Shown here: positions 1-10,343 of the stretch, piece after piece
Layout: each line of letters opens with the position of its first letter
Position numbering within the stretch: position 1 is the stretch's first letter
Assembly: GCA_947174325.1 (NCBI GenBank)
Contig: CAMWIL010000004.1
Span: 1-44,977, forward strand
Origin: an uncultured Clostridia bacterium
Lineage (GTDB): Bacteria > Bacillota > Clostridia > Christensenellales > UBA3700
Direction: 5' to 3'
Length of the DNA: 44,977 bases
The notes under the pieces: generated by a model
Database searches by the model: none
What the model was told of the DNA's origin: nothing
The model's input: only the letters and a program-made list of their open reading frames with translations
Made by a program: the position numbers and the translations under genes

Positions 1-70
1 GTGGTGTAGGATAGAGAATTCTGTATCCTAACTTCTTAATTATTCACTATTCACTTTTCACTATTTTTAG

Positions 71-191
71 TAGTGTATGGCTTCAAAGAAGTTTCGCAAT
101 TATTTAAGCCATATTTTTTAGCGACACATAAAGGTAAATCGTAAATTAGCTAAACCAAAAACTATGAGCAAATAATTGCAAAAACTTCTTT
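71..191. repeat. ~120-bp structured dispersed repeat (family A), copy 1
   Basis: Core gccatattttttag...agctaaaccaaaaactatgagcaaataa recurs at 18151-18268 (same strand) and 35310-35431 (opposite strand); imperfect terminal inverted repeats aaagaagtttcgcaattattt / aaataattgcaaaaacttcttt. Confidence 0.85.
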
Positions 192-226
192 TCGCGTTTG
201 CTCGTCGTGTTAGGAGATCATAAAAC

Positions 227-258
227 AAATGCAAGCGATTTCGCTTGCATTTTTCGTA
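227..258. terminator. Hairpin downstream of XRE gene (likely terminator)
   Basis: aaatgcaagcga-tt-tcgcttgcattt; 27/28-bp identical copy at 34355-34382 downstream of the paralogous XRE gene. Confidence 0.65.
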
Positions 259-274
259 ATTGTTAATTGTTGAT

Positions 275-484
275 TTATTTATGAATATCCCGCCCTACAA
301 GTTCATCAAGACTTATATCGTAGAAGTCTGCTAAAATTATACAGAATTCTATAGTTGGATCATATACATTATTTTCCCAAGCACTAAGATTTGACTGTGC
401 AATTCCTGTTGCATTTGATACTTGCTCTTGTGTATATCCGCTAATTAGTCTTTGTTGTTTTAGTGCTTCACCGTAATTTTTCAT
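275..484 (-). CDS. XRE/Cro-C1 helix-turn-helix regulator
   Basis: LKQQR..GYTQEQV...GIAQSNLSAWE...P....ILADFYDISLDELVGR is the HTH_3 pattern. Confidence 0.9.
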   Translation of the reverse strand: MKNYGEALKQQRLISGYTQEQVSNATGIAQSNLSAWENNVYDPTIEFCIILADFYDISLDELVGRDIHK

Positions 485-496
485 ATTATCATTTTA

Positions 497-730
497 TCAA
501 TCAGATAAGTTTTCTCTTGCAAAGAGCGGAGAATCAAAGAATTCTTTGAGTGTAATGCCTAGACCTTCGCAAATATTATAAATAATGATTACTCCTATTG
601 ATTTATACTCGGCGAGCATACATAATGTTGAGCGTGATACGCCACACTTTTTTGCAAGTCCATAAACTGATAAATCATATTTTATTGCTAGATCATAAAT
701 TCTTTTTTGTATTGCTTCTGTTAAAGTCAT
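497..730 (-). CDS. XRE/Cro-type helix-turn-helix protein
   Basis: LSVYGLAKKCGVSRSTL...ICEGLGITLKEFFDS, a common clostridial HTH type. Confidence 0.8.
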   Translation of the reverse strand: MTLTEAIQKRIYDLAIKYDLSVYGLAKKCGVSRSTLCMLAEYKSIGVIIIYNICEGLGITLKEFFDSPLFARENLSD

Positions 731-817
731 AATATGATACTCATAAATAGTTTGGTCTACTGAACTAATTCTAATACTGACATATATTAAAAATAGTTTA
801 TTCTACTAAGCGTTTAG

Positions 818-847
818 TTGACTAAAAACAAAAAATGACTGTATAAT
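818..847 (+). promoter_or_regulatory. Sigma-A promoter of SLOG gene
   Basis: TTGACT-18 bp-TATAAT; -35 sits within the dyad tttagt-tg-actaaa. Confidence 0.6.
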
Positions 848-876
848 TATTCTAATGAAACTACAAAGAGGTCAAT

Positions 877-1413
877 ATGAAGGTAGCATTTATAGGACAT
901 AGTAAGTTCGGTGATAAGGTAGATAGAGATTTATTAGAGCAGAAAGTCCAAAATACAATAGAGAAATTGATTACGGAAGACGGGGCAGATGAATTTTTGT
1001 TTGGAGAAATGACAGGCTTTGATTCTATGTGTTACATTATTGTTTCGCAATTAAAAGAAAAATATCCGCAGATTAAACGCGTTTTTATAAGTCAGTACGG
1101 CGAACCAAATAAACAAATACAAAATAGTTTAAACGAATATTTTGAAGTATGCAAATATCCTATACCTGCGAGTACAATGAGAAAGAAGCCGCAGATTGAG
1201 AGAAATCAAATAATGATAGACGAGAGCGATTTGCTTATTGCGTACTACGACAAAGACTATAAGCCGGAATTTGAATATTTTGAAGAAATAATCTTTACGC
1301 AGACAGACAACAACACTCCGCCTTTGAGCAAAACAAAAATCGCTTTGACGTACGCTTTCAAAAAGGACAAGAAGTTTATCAATTTGTTTAGCGGAGAAAA
1401 CTCAAACGTTTGA
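877..1413 (+). CDS. SLOG-superfamily YspA/DUF1273-like protein
   Basis: MKVAFIGH, LITEDGADEF.FG..GFD, LKEKYP, ERNQIMIDESDLLIAYY, TKIAL.YA...K.FINL; SD gaggt. Confidence 0.7.
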   Translation: MKVAFIGHSKFGDKVDRDLLEQKVQNTIEKLITEDGADEFLFGEMTGFDSMCYIIVSQLKEKYPQIKRVFISQYGEPNKQIQNSLNEYFEVCKYPIPASTMRKKPQIERNQIMIDESDLLIAYYDKDYKPEFEYFEEIIFTQTDNNTPPLSKTKIALTYAFKKDKKFINLFSGENSNV

Positions 1414-1501
1414 TGTGTTGGTGAGTTGTAACAAACGAAGATTTACATAAGTTGTTTATTAGACAAAGAGAAGTGTATATGGATATAGGTGCGTTCGGAA
1501 A

Positions 1502-1588
1502 AATATGCGTTTAGCAATATGTTGCTAAACGCATATTGAGCGCAAATTAAAATCCCTTGCTAGCAATGGTAGCAAGGGATTTTAATTT
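1502..1588. repeat. Twin perfect hairpins (family B), probable terminator/structured element
   Basis: aatatgcgtttagcaa/ttgctaaacgcatatt and aaattaaaatcccttgcta/tagcaagggattttaattt; diverged copy at 18336-18411. Confidence 0.75.
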
Positions 1589-1757
1589 AGTGAGAAAGTA
1601 TATTGATCTATAAAGCGAATACAAAAAGCGTCGCGAATTCAAAAAGATTCGTCATATTCACGGTTTTGATCGACGTAGCAGAGTGGGGCAGGCGAAATGC
1701 GCGGTTTTCGATTATTATTCTAATAGTTTTTGATAAAAAATATTGTATTAATAATGG

Positions 1758-1907
1758 AAATCGCGCAGTCGCGCCTATTCTCGCGGCAATTTAATCTTCT
1801 ATCCAAATCTAATCAATTTTTAGAACGAAGATAACGCCATTAATATCGTACTGATAAAGCAAATCGCGCAGTCGCGCCTATTCTCATAGCAATTTAATCT
1901 TTATCCA
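1758..1907. repeat. Two-copy ~47-bp direct repeat
   Basis: aaatcgcgcagtcgcgcctattctc...gcaatttaatctt at 1758-1805 and 1861-1907. Confidence 0.85.
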
Positions 1908-2021
1908 TAGTTCAAACAATTCAATCATCTATCCGTATCATTCAATATCGCTTAAAATAACCAATTTTTAGGGCGAAAATACTGTTTTTGAAAATTTTAC
2001 ATAAATTTTACATTCATATAA

Positions 2022-2050
2022 TTGCGTATTTTCTATATATCTTGTAAAAT
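2022..2050 (+). promoter_or_regulatory. Sigma-A promoter of S10 operon
   Basis: TTGCGT-17 bp-TAAAAT upstream of the leader. Confidence 0.7.
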
Positions 2051-2056
2051 CATTTG

Positions 2057-2247
2057 TGCTTATGCCAAAAGGGATGAAGCGGGAGGTTACTGCTTATATA
2101 AGGAGAGAACTTCCGCAGACAAGTGTCCGACAATCGGGCGACTAACGGAATTGGGCTATTCTGCAAGCCCATTTTTAAAGGCAGAGGCGGAACGCACGGA
2201 AGTGTGTAGAGAAAAAATAAAAGTTAGGTAAAAAAGGAGAAAGAAAA
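2057..2247 (+). ncRNA. Firmicute S10-operon leader (cis-regulatory RNA)
   Basis: gatgaagcgggaggttactg...aacttccgcag resembles the GATGAAGTGAGAGGTTGCTG leader of Firmicute rpsJ; GC-rich hairpins. Confidence 0.6.
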
Positions 2248-2556
2248 ATGGCAGGACAAACAATCAGAATCAGATTAAGAGCGTACGATCACAACCTTAT
2301 CGACCTTGCGTCGGATAAGATAGTAGAGACGGCTAAGAGAAGCGGCGTACAGGTTTCCGGACCTATCCCACTTCCTACGGAAAAAGAAATCGTTACGATC
2401 ATCAGAGCGGTTCACAAGTATAAGGACAGCAGAGAGCAATTCGAATTGCGTACTCATAAAAGACTTATCGATATTATGAACCCGACCGCTAAGGCTGTTG
2501 ACGCGCTTATGAAACTCGATTTGCCCGCAGGCGTTGATATTCAAATCAAACTGTAA
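2248..2556 (+). CDS. rpsJ: 30S ribosomal protein S10
   Basis: [28 protein letters not shown]. Confidence 0.99.
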   Translation: MAGQTIRIRLRAYDHNLIDLASDKIVETAKRSGVQVSGPIPLPTEKEIVTIIRAVHKYKDSREQFELRTHKRLIDIMNPTAKAVDALMKLDLPAGVDIQIKL

Positions 2557-2639
2557 GCAATATAAAAACAATAATATTAGTCAATTAAAAACTGCAACAA
2601 GCGGTTTTGCGAAATAAAATAGGAGGATGAACTTTATCT

Positions 2640-3260
2640 ATGAATAAAGCAATCATTGGAAAAAAGTTAGCAATGAGTCAGATTTTTGCACCGGACGGCA
2701 CAGTTATTCCTGTTACGATCGTTCAGGCCGGTCCGTGTCCGATCGTGCAAAAGAAAACCCTTGACAACGACGGCTACGAAGCTCTTCAAATCGCATTCGG
2801 CGATATCAAAGAGAAGAACGTAAACAAGCCTGTAAAGGGTCATTACAAGAAAGCAGGCGTTACGCCTAGAAGAGTTTTGAGAGAATTCAGAACGGAAGTC
2901 GCTTCTTACGAACTCGGTCAGGAATTGACTTGCGCGCAATTTGCGGAGGGATCTCTCGTAGACGTAAGCGGTACGTCCAAAGGACACGGCTTTACCGGCG
3001 CGGTAAAGAGATGGAATCACCACTGCGGTCCTATGGCGCACGGTTCGGGTTATCACAGAGGCGTAGGTTCTATGGGCGCTTGTTCTACTCCTTCAAGAGT
3101 ATTCAAGAACAAGAAAATGTCCGGACATTGGGGTAATGAGAAAGTTACTGTCAGAAACCTCACAGTGGCAAGAGTCGATGCCGAACGTAATCTTCTTTTC
3201 ATCAAGGGCGCTATCCCCGGAGCAAAGGGTAACGTTGTTGTTGTAAAGCAAAACGGTTAA
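2640..3260 (+). CDS. rplC: 50S ribosomal protein L3
   Basis: GTSKGHGFTG, HGSGYHR, PSRVFK; gene order. Confidence 0.99.
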   Translation: MNKAIIGKKLAMSQIFAPDGTVIPVTIVQAGPCPIVQKKTLDNDGYEALQIAFGDIKEKNVNKPVKGHYKKAGVTPRRVLREFRTEVASYELGQELTCAQFAEGSLVDVSGTSKGHGFTGAVKRWNHHCGPMAHGSGYHRGVGSMGACSTPSRVFKNKKMSGHWGNEKVTVRNLTVARVDAERNLLFIKGAIPGAKGNVVVVKQNG

Positions 3261-3274
3261 AGGAGTGAGCAAAA

Positions 3275-3907
3275 ATGAAGGTTAATGTTTTAGATATAAA
3301 AGCAAAGAAAGTAGGCGAGATCGAACTCAACGACGCAGTATTCGGCGTTGAATACAACGAAGCGCTTATTCACCAGGTAGTAGTTGCTCAGTTGGCGAAC
3401 AAAAGACAAGGCACGAAGTCCACTTTGACTCGTACGGAAGTTAGAGGCGGAGGCAAGAAGCCTTGGAGACAAAAGGGCACGGGTCGCGCTAGACAAGGCA
3501 GCATCAGAAGTCCGCAATGGACGGGCGGCGGCGTAGTATTCGCTCCGAAGCCAAGAGATTTCTCGCAGAAGATAAACAAGAAGATGAAGACAGCGGCTAC
3601 TCTTTCCGCATTGAGCGCAAAGGTAAGCGACAACGATTTCATCGTGTTGGACAAACTTCAACTTGAAGCTGCGAAGACCAAGTATATCGCTCAAATGCTC
3701 AAAGCTTTTGAGATCAATAGCAAGGTTTTGATCGCAGTAGCAAACGATGACGAAGCAGTTTTGAGAGCGTGCGCAAACATTCAGAACGTTACGCTTATCA
3801 ACGCGGATCTCGTAAACGTTTACGATTTGGCTGCCAACACAAAATGTATCTTCACCGTTGACGCGGTCAACAAGATCCAAAGCAGATTTGAGGAGGTATG
3901 CGAATAA
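3275..3907 (+). CDS. rplD: 50S ribosomal protein L4
   Basis: [25 protein letters not shown]. Confidence 0.99.
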   Translation: MKVNVLDIKAKKVGEIELNDAVFGVEYNEALIHQVVVAQLANKRQGTKSTLTRTEVRGGGKKPWRQKGTGRARQGSIRSPQWTGGGVVFAPKPRDFSQKINKKMKTAATLSALSAKVSDNDFIVLDKLQLEAAKTKYIAQMLKAFEINSKVLIAVANDDEAVLRACANIQNVTLINADLVNVYDLAANTKCIFTVDAVNKIQSRFEEVCE

Positions 3908-4197
3908 TGAATAAATATGATATTATTATATCCCCTATCCTTACGGAAAAGAGTTATGACGGTATCGCTGATAAAAAGTATACTTTCAAAGTAGCGCAAG
4001 AGGCTACGAAAACTCAGATAAAGGTTGCCGTTGAAGACATCTTCGGCGTAAAGGTAGCAAAAGTCAACACTGTAAACGTTGACGGCAAGAAAAAGAGAAT
4101 GGGCAAGTACGAAGGTACGACGACCGGTTACAAGAAAGCCGTAGTTACGTTGACACAAGATAGCAAGACGATCGAATTCTTCGAGAGTTTGGCATAA
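3907..4197 (+). CDS. rplW: 50S ribosomal protein L23
   Basis: PILTEKS, KKAVVTL; start chosen at ATG 3907 overlapping rplD stop (SD ggaggt). Confidence 0.97.
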   Translation: MNKYDIIISPILTEKSYDGIADKKYTFKVAQEATKTQIKVAVEDIFGVKVAKVNTVNVDGKKKRMGKYEGTTTGYKKAVVTLTQDSKTIEFFESLA

Positions 4198-4212
4198 TGG
4201 GAGGACAAGATA

Positions 4213-5037
4213 ATGGCTATTAAGAGATATAAACCAACTTCTCCCGCGCGTCGTTTTATGACAGTATCGGCGTTTACCGAGATCACGACGACCGTTCCCG
4301 AAAAGAGTTTGCTTCAATCTTTGAACAAATCGGGCGGTAGAAACGCGACAGGTAGAATTACCGTTAGACACATCGGCGGCGGCAACAGAAGAAAGTACAG
4401 AATAATTGATTTCAAGCGTAATAAGGATAACGTTCCCGCAAAGGTAGCTTCCATTGAGTACGATCCAAACCGCAGCGCAAACATCGCGCTTTTGGTATAC
4501 GCAGACGGAGAAAAGAGATACATTATCGCGCCTCTCGGTTTGCAAAAGGGCGACACCGTTATGAGCGGCGAAAATGCGGACATCAAGACGGGCAATACGC
4601 TTCCTCTTGAAAAGATCCCCGTAGGTACGGTTATCCACAATATAGAAATGCATCCCGGCAAGGGCGGTCAGATCGCAAGATCGGCAGGCAATTCGGCTCA
4701 ATTGATGGCTAAGGAAGGCAAGTACGCTACGCTCAGACTTCCGAGCGGCGAAATGAGATATCTTCCTATCAAGTGCAGAGCTACGATCGGTCAGGTCGGC
4801 AATCTCGAACACGAGATCGTTTCTATCGGTAAGGCAGGTCGCAAACGTCATATGGGCGTTAGACCGACGGTCCGCGGCGTTGTAATGAACCCTTGCGACC
4901 ACCCGCACGGCGGTGGCGAAGGCAAGTCGCCTATCGGTATGCCTAGTCCTGTAACTCCTTGGGGTAAACCTGCTTTGGGTTACAAGACCAGAAAGAAGAA
5001 CAAGAGCAATAAGTTCATCATCAAGCGTGTGAACTAG
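4213..5037 (+). CDS. rplB: 50S ribosomal protein L2
   Basis: [26 protein letters not shown]. Confidence 0.99.
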   Translation: MAIKRYKPTSPARRFMTVSAFTEITTTVPEKSLLQSLNKSGGRNATGRITVRHIGGGNRRKYRIIDFKRNKDNVPAKVASIEYDPNRSANIALLVYADGEKRYIIAPLGLQKGDTVMSGENADIKTGNTLPLEKIPVGTVIHNIEMHPGKGGQIARSAGNSAQLMAKEGKYATLRLPSGEMRYLPIKCRATIGQVGNLEHEIVSIGKAGRKRHMGVRPTVRGVVMNPCDHPHGGGEGKSPIGMPSPVTPWGKPALGYKTRKKNKSNKFIIKRVN

Positions 5038-5048
5038 GAGGAGCGAAA

Positions 5049-5327
5049 ATGAGTAGATCAGTAAAAAAAGGACCTTTCGTTGAAAAGAGACTTATAGACA
5101 GAATTATCGCAATGAACAACGCCAACGAGAAGAAAGTCGTTAAGACTTGGTCAAGATCTTCGACGATCTTCCCGGATATGGTAGGACACACGATCGCCGT
5201 ACACGACGGCAGAAAGCACGTACCCGTATATATCACCGAAGATATGGTCGGCTGCAAACTCGGCGAGTTCGCTCCGACAAGAACCTTCAAGGGTCACGCC
5301 GGCGAGAAAACGACAGGAAGGAGATAA
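5049..5327 (+). CDS. rpsS: 30S ribosomal protein S19
   Basis: [23 protein letters not shown]. Confidence 0.99.
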   Translation: MSRSVKKGPFVEKRLIDRIIAMNNANEKKVVKTWSRSSTIFPDMVGHTIAVHDGRKHVPVYITEDMVGCKLGEFAPTRTFKGHAGEKTTGRR

Positions 5328-5330
5328 AAA

Positions 5331-5738
5331 ATGGCAAAGAGATTAAGAGAAAAAGCACAGGCTCGTAAAGACAATGCCGACAAGCGTCCAAGCGCTACAG
5401 TTAAGTATGTAAGAATGTCTCCCGACAAAGTAAGAATAGTACTTGATATTATTAGAGGAAAGAGCTACGTCGAAGCTTTGGCAATTTTGAAGTTTACACG
5501 CAAGGCTGCTTGCGAACCGCTTATCAAATTGCTCAACTCGGCGGCGGCAAACGCGGAAGACCATTTGAATATGAGCAAGAGCGATCTTTACGTTGCAGAA
5601 TGTTTCGCAAACGCAGGTCCTATCCTCAAACGTATCAGAGCAAGAGCAAAGGGAAGCGCGGCAAGAATAAACAAGCGCACCTGCCACATCACGATAATTC
5701 TTGATGAAAAAACACAAGACGCTGCAAGCGCTAAATAA
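5331..5738 (+). CDS. rplV: 50S ribosomal protein L22
   Basis: [22 protein letters not shown]; N-terminal extension. Confidence 0.98.
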   Translation: MAKRLREKAQARKDNADKRPSATVKYVRMSPDKVRIVLDIIRGKSYVEALAILKFTRKAACEPLIKLLNSAAANAEDHLNMSKSDLYVAECFANAGPILKRIRARAKGSAARINKRTCHITIILDEKTQDAASAK

Positions 5739-5755
5739 GCAAGGAGGTATTAAAA

Positions 5756-6445
5756 ATGGGTCAAAAAGTTAGTCCACACGGCTTAAGAGTCGGCGTTATT
5801 AAAGAGTGGAACGCGCAATGGTATGCTGACAAGAAGAATTTTTCCAAGAACCTTGTCGAAGACCACAAGATAAGAACTTATCTTAAAAAGAAGTATTATC
5901 AATGCTCGATTTCCAAAATAACGATCAGCAGAATACTTTCTTCGGCAAACGACATCGTTATCGTTACGATCTACACCTCCAAACCGGGTATTATGATCGG
6001 TAAAGCTGGCGCAGGCGTTGAGCAGATCAAAAAAGAAGTTATGAAGCTTGCTCCCAAGAAGAGCGTAAGCATCAATATTATGGAAGTTAAGAGACCTGAC
6101 ACGGACGCTCAACTTATCGCGGAAAACATCGCCGCTCAGCTCGAAAAGCGTACCGCTTTCAGAAGAGCAATGAAGGGATGTATCTCCAAGGCTATGAAGA
6201 GCGGCGTCAAAGGTATCAAGACTAAGGTTTCTGGTCGTCTCGACGGCGCGGAAATCGCAAGATCGGAAAGCTACCACGAAGGTTCTATCCCTCTTCAAAC
6301 TTTGAGAGCGGATATCGACTACGGTACTGCCGAGGCGCATACGACTTTCGGTATCATCGGCGTAAAAGTATGGGTTTACAAGGGTGAAGTACTCGGAAAG
6401 AGCGCAACCAATGCAAAAGAGAATAAGGAAGGAGGTAACGCGTAA
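5756..6445 (+). CDS. rpsC: 30S ribosomal protein S3
   Basis: [35 protein letters not shown]. Confidence 0.99.
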   Translation: MGQKVSPHGLRVGVIKEWNAQWYADKKNFSKNLVEDHKIRTYLKKKYYQCSISKITISRILSSANDIVIVTIYTSKPGIMIGKAGAGVEQIKKEVMKLAPKKSVSINIMEVKRPDTDAQLIAENIAAQLEKRTAFRRAMKGCISKAMKSGVKGIKTKVSGRLDGAEIARSESYHEGSIPLQTLRADIDYGTAEAHTTFGIIGVKVWVYKGEVLGKSATNAKENKEGGNA

Positions 6446-6876
6446 TGTTAATGCCTAAAAGAGTAAAAAGACGTCGTGTTCATCGCGGAAGATTGACCGG
6501 ACAGGCAAACAAGGGCAACAAAGTGGCATACGGCGAATACGGTCTCGTAGCGCTCGAGCCGAGTTGGATTACCTCCAACCAAATAGAAGCAGCCCGTATC
6601 GCAATGACACGTTACATCAAGAGAGGCGGTAAAGTTTGGATAAACATTTTCCCGCACAAACCTATAACAAAAAAACCTGCTGAAACCAGAATGGGTAGCG
6701 GTAAGGGTAGCGTAGAATACTGGGTAGCAGTAGTAAAGCCGGGCCGTGTAATGTTTGAAATGGCTGGTGTAAGTGAAGAAGTCGCTCGCGAAGCGCTCAG
6801 ACTTGCATCCCACAAGTTGCCGGTAAAGTGCAAGTTTGTTAAGAGAGAAGAGGTGAGTGAAGATGAAAGCAAGTAA
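6445..6876 (+). CDS. rplP: 50S ribosomal protein L16
   Basis: [21 protein letters not shown]. Confidence 0.99.
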   Translation: MLMPKRVKRRRVHRGRLTGQANKGNKVAYGEYGLVALEPSWITSNQIEAARIAMTRYIKRGGKVWINIFPHKPITKKPAETRMGSGKGSVEYWVAVVKPGRVMFEMAGVSEEVAREALRLASHKLPVKCKFVKREEVSEDESK

Positions 6877-7105
6877 TTTTTTCGAGATGACAAATGACGA
6901 ACTTAATCTCAAATTGAACGAGTTGAAGGAAGAACTTTTCAATCTTCGCTTTAAGCACAAAGCAGGACAACTCGAAAACGCAAATCAACTTGCAATATGC
7001 AAGAAAGATATCGCAAGAGTAAAGACGGTTATCCGTCAAAGAGAACTCGGCATTTCTCAAGAGCCTGCTAAGGCGGCTAAGAAAGCAACAAAGAAATCTA
7101 AATAA
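6863..7105 (+). CDS. rpmC: 50S ribosomal protein L29 with Lys/Ala-rich tail
   Basis: [20 protein letters not shown]; start at ATG 6863 after SD gaggtg. Confidence 0.96.
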   Translation: MKASNFFEMTNDELNLKLNELKEELFNLRFKHKAGQLENANQLAICKKDIARVKTVIRQRELGISQEPAKAAKKATKKSK

Positions 7106-7120
7106 GGAGGATAACAAAAC

Positions 7121-7378
7121 ATGGAAGAAAGAAATCTCAGAAAAACCAGAGTTGGCGTTGTAGTCAGCGACAAGATGGATAAGACTGTTGTCGTTGCTAT
7201 CAAAGAGCGTGTTAAACATCCTCTTTACGGTAAGATTGTCAACAGAACAAAGACGTTCAAGGCTCACGATGAGCAAAATGAATGTGGCATAGGCGATACC
7301 GTTCGTATCGTCGAAACAAGACCTCTGTCCAAAGAGAAACGTTGGAGAGTGGTTGAGATCGTCGAAAAGGCTAAATAA
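7121..7378 (+). CDS. rpsQ: 30S ribosomal protein S17
   Basis: [24 protein letters not shown]. Confidence 0.99.
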   Translation: MEERNLRKTRVGVVVSDKMDKTVVVAIKERVKHPLYGKIVNRTKTFKAHDEQNECGIGDTVRIVETRPLSKEKRWRVVEIVEKAK

Positions 7379-7390
7379 GGAGGACCGAAT

Positions 7391-7759
7391 ATGATACAAC
7401 CGGAAACAAGATTGGCAGTTGCGGACAATTCAGGCGCAAAGGAAATCAAGTGTATTAGAGTTATGGGCGGATCCTTCCGTAGAAGCGGTAATATAGGCGA
7501 CGTTATCGTTGCGGCAGTTCAGGCTGCTACTCCGGGCGGCGCAGTTAAGAAAGGCGACGTAGTTAAGGCTGTAATCGTCAGAACCAAGAAAGGTATCAGA
7601 AGAACAGACGGTTCGCACATCAGATTTGATGACAACGCCGCAGTTATTATCGACAACCAAAAACAACCGAGAGGCACGCGTATCTTTGGACCAATCGCCA
7701 GAGAGCTTAGAGATAAAGATTATATGAAGATCATATCTCTCGCCCCTGAGGTAATCTAA
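7391..7759 (+). CDS. rplN: 50S ribosomal protein L14
   Basis: [22 protein letters not shown]. Confidence 0.99.
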   Translation: MIQPETRLAVADNSGAKEIKCIRVMGGSFRRSGNIGDVIVAAVQAATPGGAVKKGDVVKAVIVRTKKGIRRTDGSHIRFDDNAAVIIDNQKQPRGTRIFGPIARELRDKDYMKIISLAPEVI

Positions 7760-7774
7760 CGGAGGTAGACCACT

Positions 7775-8206
7775 ATGAGTATGAATGTTAAGAAGGGCGA
7801 CGCGGTAAAGATCATCGCGGGCTCGGATAAAGGTAAGACAGGTCAGGTTTTGGCAGTAAACACCAAGTCCAATAGAGTGGTTCTCAAAGGCGACGGCTTG
7901 AAGACCGTGAAGTGTTTCGTTAAACCTCGTAACGCTCAGGAAAAGGGCGGCATTATAGAGAGAGAGGCTTCGATCAACGTTTCCAACGTTATGATCATCT
8001 GCCCAAGCTGTAATGCGGCTACGAGAGTAGGTCACAGCGTCACCGTTGACGAAAACGGCAAGTCTGTAAAAAACCGTATCTGTAAGAAGTGCGGAGCGTC
8101 TTTGGACGTAAAGGCTGCTAAAGCTGCTAAGACGGCTAAGAAAGCTACGAAGAAGACCGCTACTAAAGCAAAAAAGACCGTGAAGACGGAAGAAGAAAAC
8201 AACTAA
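7775..8206 (+). CDS. rplX: 50S ribosomal protein L24 (CxxC pairs, Lys/Ala tail)
   Basis: VKKGD.V.IIAG.DKGK KOW motif, GGIIEREA, SNV. Confidence 0.97.
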   Translation: MSMNVKKGDAVKIIAGSDKGKTGQVLAVNTKSNRVVLKGDGLKTVKCFVKPRNAQEKGGIIEREASINVSNVMIICPSCNAATRVGHSVTVDENGKSVKNRICKKCGASLDVKAAKAAKTAKKATKKTATKAKKTVKTEEENN

Positions 8207-8221
8207 TGGAGGATAACGACT

Positions 8222-8773
8222 GTGGAAAATAGAGAATACAGAATGTTGGAATATTATAAATCGACAGTAGTTCCTGCATTGATCAAAAAATTCAATTACA
8301 AGAACGTCAACGAAGTTCCGAAACTTGAAAAGGTAGTTCTTAATATGGGACTCGGCGACGTAAAAGACAACAGCAAGAGCCTTCAACAAGCGATTGAAGA
8401 ACTCAAAATGATCGCAGGTCAAGCTCCCGCTGAATGTAAAGCAAAGAAGAGCGTTGCAAACTTCAAAGTCAGAGAAGGTATGGTAATCGGCGCAAAGGTT
8501 ACTCTTCGCGGTAAAAAGATGTACGACTTTATGGATAAACTCGTATCCGTCGCGCTTCCCCGCGTAAGAGACTTTAAGGGCGTGCCAAACGATTCTTTTG
8601 ACGGACGTGGCAACTACGCAATGGGCGTTAAGGAACAAATCATCTTCCCGGAAATTCAATACGACAAGGTAGAGAAGGTAAGAGGTTTTGACGTTATCGT
8701 CGTTACAACTGCAAAAACAGACGAAGAGGCTAAGGAGTTGTTGACTCTCCTCGGTATGCCTTTTGTGAAATAA
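8222..8773 (+). CDS. rplE: 50S ribosomal protein L5
   Basis: [26 protein letters not shown]; GTG start. Confidence 0.99.
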   Translation: MENREYRMLEYYKSTVVPALIKKFNYKNVNEVPKLEKVVLNMGLGDVKDNSKSLQQAIEELKMIAGQAPAECKAKKSVANFKVREGMVIGAKVTLRGKKMYDFMDKLVSVALPRVRDFKGVPNDSFDGRGNYAMGVKEQIIFPEIQYDKVEKVRGFDVIVVTTAKTDEEAKELLTLLGMPFVK

Positions 8774-8785
8774 GGAGATTAGAAA

Positions 8786-8971
8786 ATGGCTAAAAAAGCA
8801 ATGATCAACAAACAACAAAAGACTCCAAAGTACTCCACAAGAGCATACACGAGATGCCAAATTTGTGGAAGACCGCACGCAGTATTAAGAAAGTACGGAA
8901 TTTGCAGAATTTGCTTCAGAGAACTCGCATACAAGGGCGAGATCCCCGGAGTAAAGAAGGCAAGTTGGTAA
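8786..8971 (+). CDS. rpsN: 30S ribosomal protein S14 (zinc-binding type Z)
   Basis: RCQICGRP...ICRICFRE; 61 aa. Confidence 0.99.
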   Translation: MAKKAMINKQQKTPKYSTRAYTRCQICGRPHAVLRKYGICRICFRELAYKGEIPGVKKASW

Positions 8972-8987
8972 TAGGAGGACATTTACT

Positions 8988-9386
8988 ATGATGATAACTG
9001 ACCCAATCGCAGATATGCTTACACGTATCCGTAACGGTTTGGTAGCAAAGCACGAAAGTGTCGAGATGCCAAGCTCCAAGATGAAAAAAGCGATCGCTCA
9101 AATTTTGACAGACGAGGGCTTCATCAACGGATTTGAAATAGTAGAAGGCGAAGTTCAAAGTGTTATGAAGGTAAATTTGAAGTATGGACCCAATAATGAA
9201 AAGGTCATTTCGGGTATAAAGCGTATTTCCAAGCCAGGTCTTAGAGTATACGCTAATTCGGAAAATCTTCCTGTCGTGCTCAACGGTTTGGGAATAGCTA
9301 TTGTTTCCACGTCCAAGGGCGTTATGACAGATAAGAAGGCACGCGCAGCGCACATCGGCGGAGAAGTGCTCGCTTACGTTTGGTAA
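8988..9386 (+). CDS. rpsH: 30S ribosomal protein S8
   Basis: [25 protein letters not shown]. Confidence 0.99.
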   Translation: MMITDPIADMLTRIRNGLVAKHESVEMPSSKMKKAIAQILTDEGFINGFEIVEGEVQSVMKVNLKYGPNNEKVISGIKRISKPGLRVYANSENLPVVLNGLGIAIVSTSKGVMTDKKARAAHIGGEVLAYVW

Positions 9387-9404
9387 TAGGGAGGTAAAGG
9401 AATT

Positions 9405-9947
9405 ATGTCAAGAATAGGTAGACTTCCGGTGGCTATCCCACAAGGCGTAGAAGTAAGCGTTTCGCCGGAAAACGTTGTTACCGTAAAAGGTCAAAAAGGT
9501 ACTTTGACTCTCAGCGTAAACAGTGTTATTTCCGTTGCGGTAGAAGACAATTCGGTTAAGGTTACAAGACCCAACGACGAAAAGAACGTAAAAGCCATGC
9601 ACGGACTTTACAGAAAACTTATCGCCAACATGGTAGAGGGCGTTTCCAAAGGTTTTGAAAAATCTTTGATCCTCAACGGCGTAGGTTACAAGGTAGCTAA
9701 GCAAGGCAAGAAGATCGTCCTCAGCGTAGGATATTCTCATCCGGTCGAGATCGAAGAAGTACCGGGCATCACTTACGAGTGTCCGTCTACTACCGAAGTC
9801 GTAGTCAAGGGTATCAATAAAGAATTGGTAGGTCAAATGGCTGCCAATATCAGAAAAGTTCGCAATCCTGATCCGTACCACGTATACGGTATTCGTTATA
9901 AAGACGAAGTGATCGTACGCAAGGAAGGAAAGACGGGTAAGAAATAA
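9405..9947 (+). CDS. rplF: 50S ribosomal protein L6
   Basis: MSRIG, GYSHP, RKEGK. Confidence 0.99.
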   Translation: MSRIGRLPVAIPQGVEVSVSPENVVTVKGQKGTLTLSVNSVISVAVEDNSVKVTRPNDEKNVKAMHGLYRKLIANMVEGVSKGFEKSLILNGVGYKVAKQGKKIVLSVGYSHPVEIEEVPGITYECPSTTEVVVKGINKELVGQMAANIRKVRNPDPYHVYGIRYKDEVIVRKEGKTGKK

Positions 9948-9960
9948 GGAGTGAGATAAA

Positions 9961-10329
9961 ATGATTAGTAAGATTGATAAAAATGCCATCAGGCAAAAAA
10001 GACATCAAAGAGTTAGATCAAAAATCAGCGGTACAGCCGAAAGACCTCGCTTCAACGTTTATAGAAGTACCAATAATATCAACGTTCAGATCATCGATGA
10101 CGTTAAAGGTGTAACGCTTGTTTCTTGCTCGACTCTCGACAAGGATATGGTAGCAAAAGTAAAAGGTATGTCTAAGAGCGAAGCGGCAAACGTAGTAGGC
10201 AAGGCAGTTGCCGAAAAGGCTTTGAAAGCAGGCATCACCGAAGTAGTATTCGACAGAGGCGGATATCTTTATACGGGACGTGTAGAGAAAGTAGCCGACG
10301 GCGCAAGAGAAGCCGGTCTTAAATTCTAA
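9961..10329 (+). CDS. rplR: 50S ribosomal protein L18
   Basis: GTAERPR, VFDRGGY, AREAGL. Confidence 0.99.
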   Translation: MISKIDKNAIRQKRHQRVRSKISGTAERPRFNVYRSTNNINVQIIDDVKGVTLVSCSTLDKDMVAKVKGMSKSEAANVVGKAVAEKALKAGITEVVFDRGGYLYTGRVEKVADGAREAGLKF

Positions 10330-10343
10330 GGAGGTACGGTAAA

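Noticed and set aside
275-1413. Prophage immunity region
   Set aside because: No integrase, replication or structural phage genes to the right; sequence left of the window cannot be seen.
1758-1907. 47-bp repeats as a mini-CRISPR
   Set aside because: Two imperfect copies only, with no leader or cas context.
1603-2231. ORFs 1603-1794 and 2022-2231
   Set aside because: TTG starts without SD; they overlap repeats, the S10 promoter and its leader.
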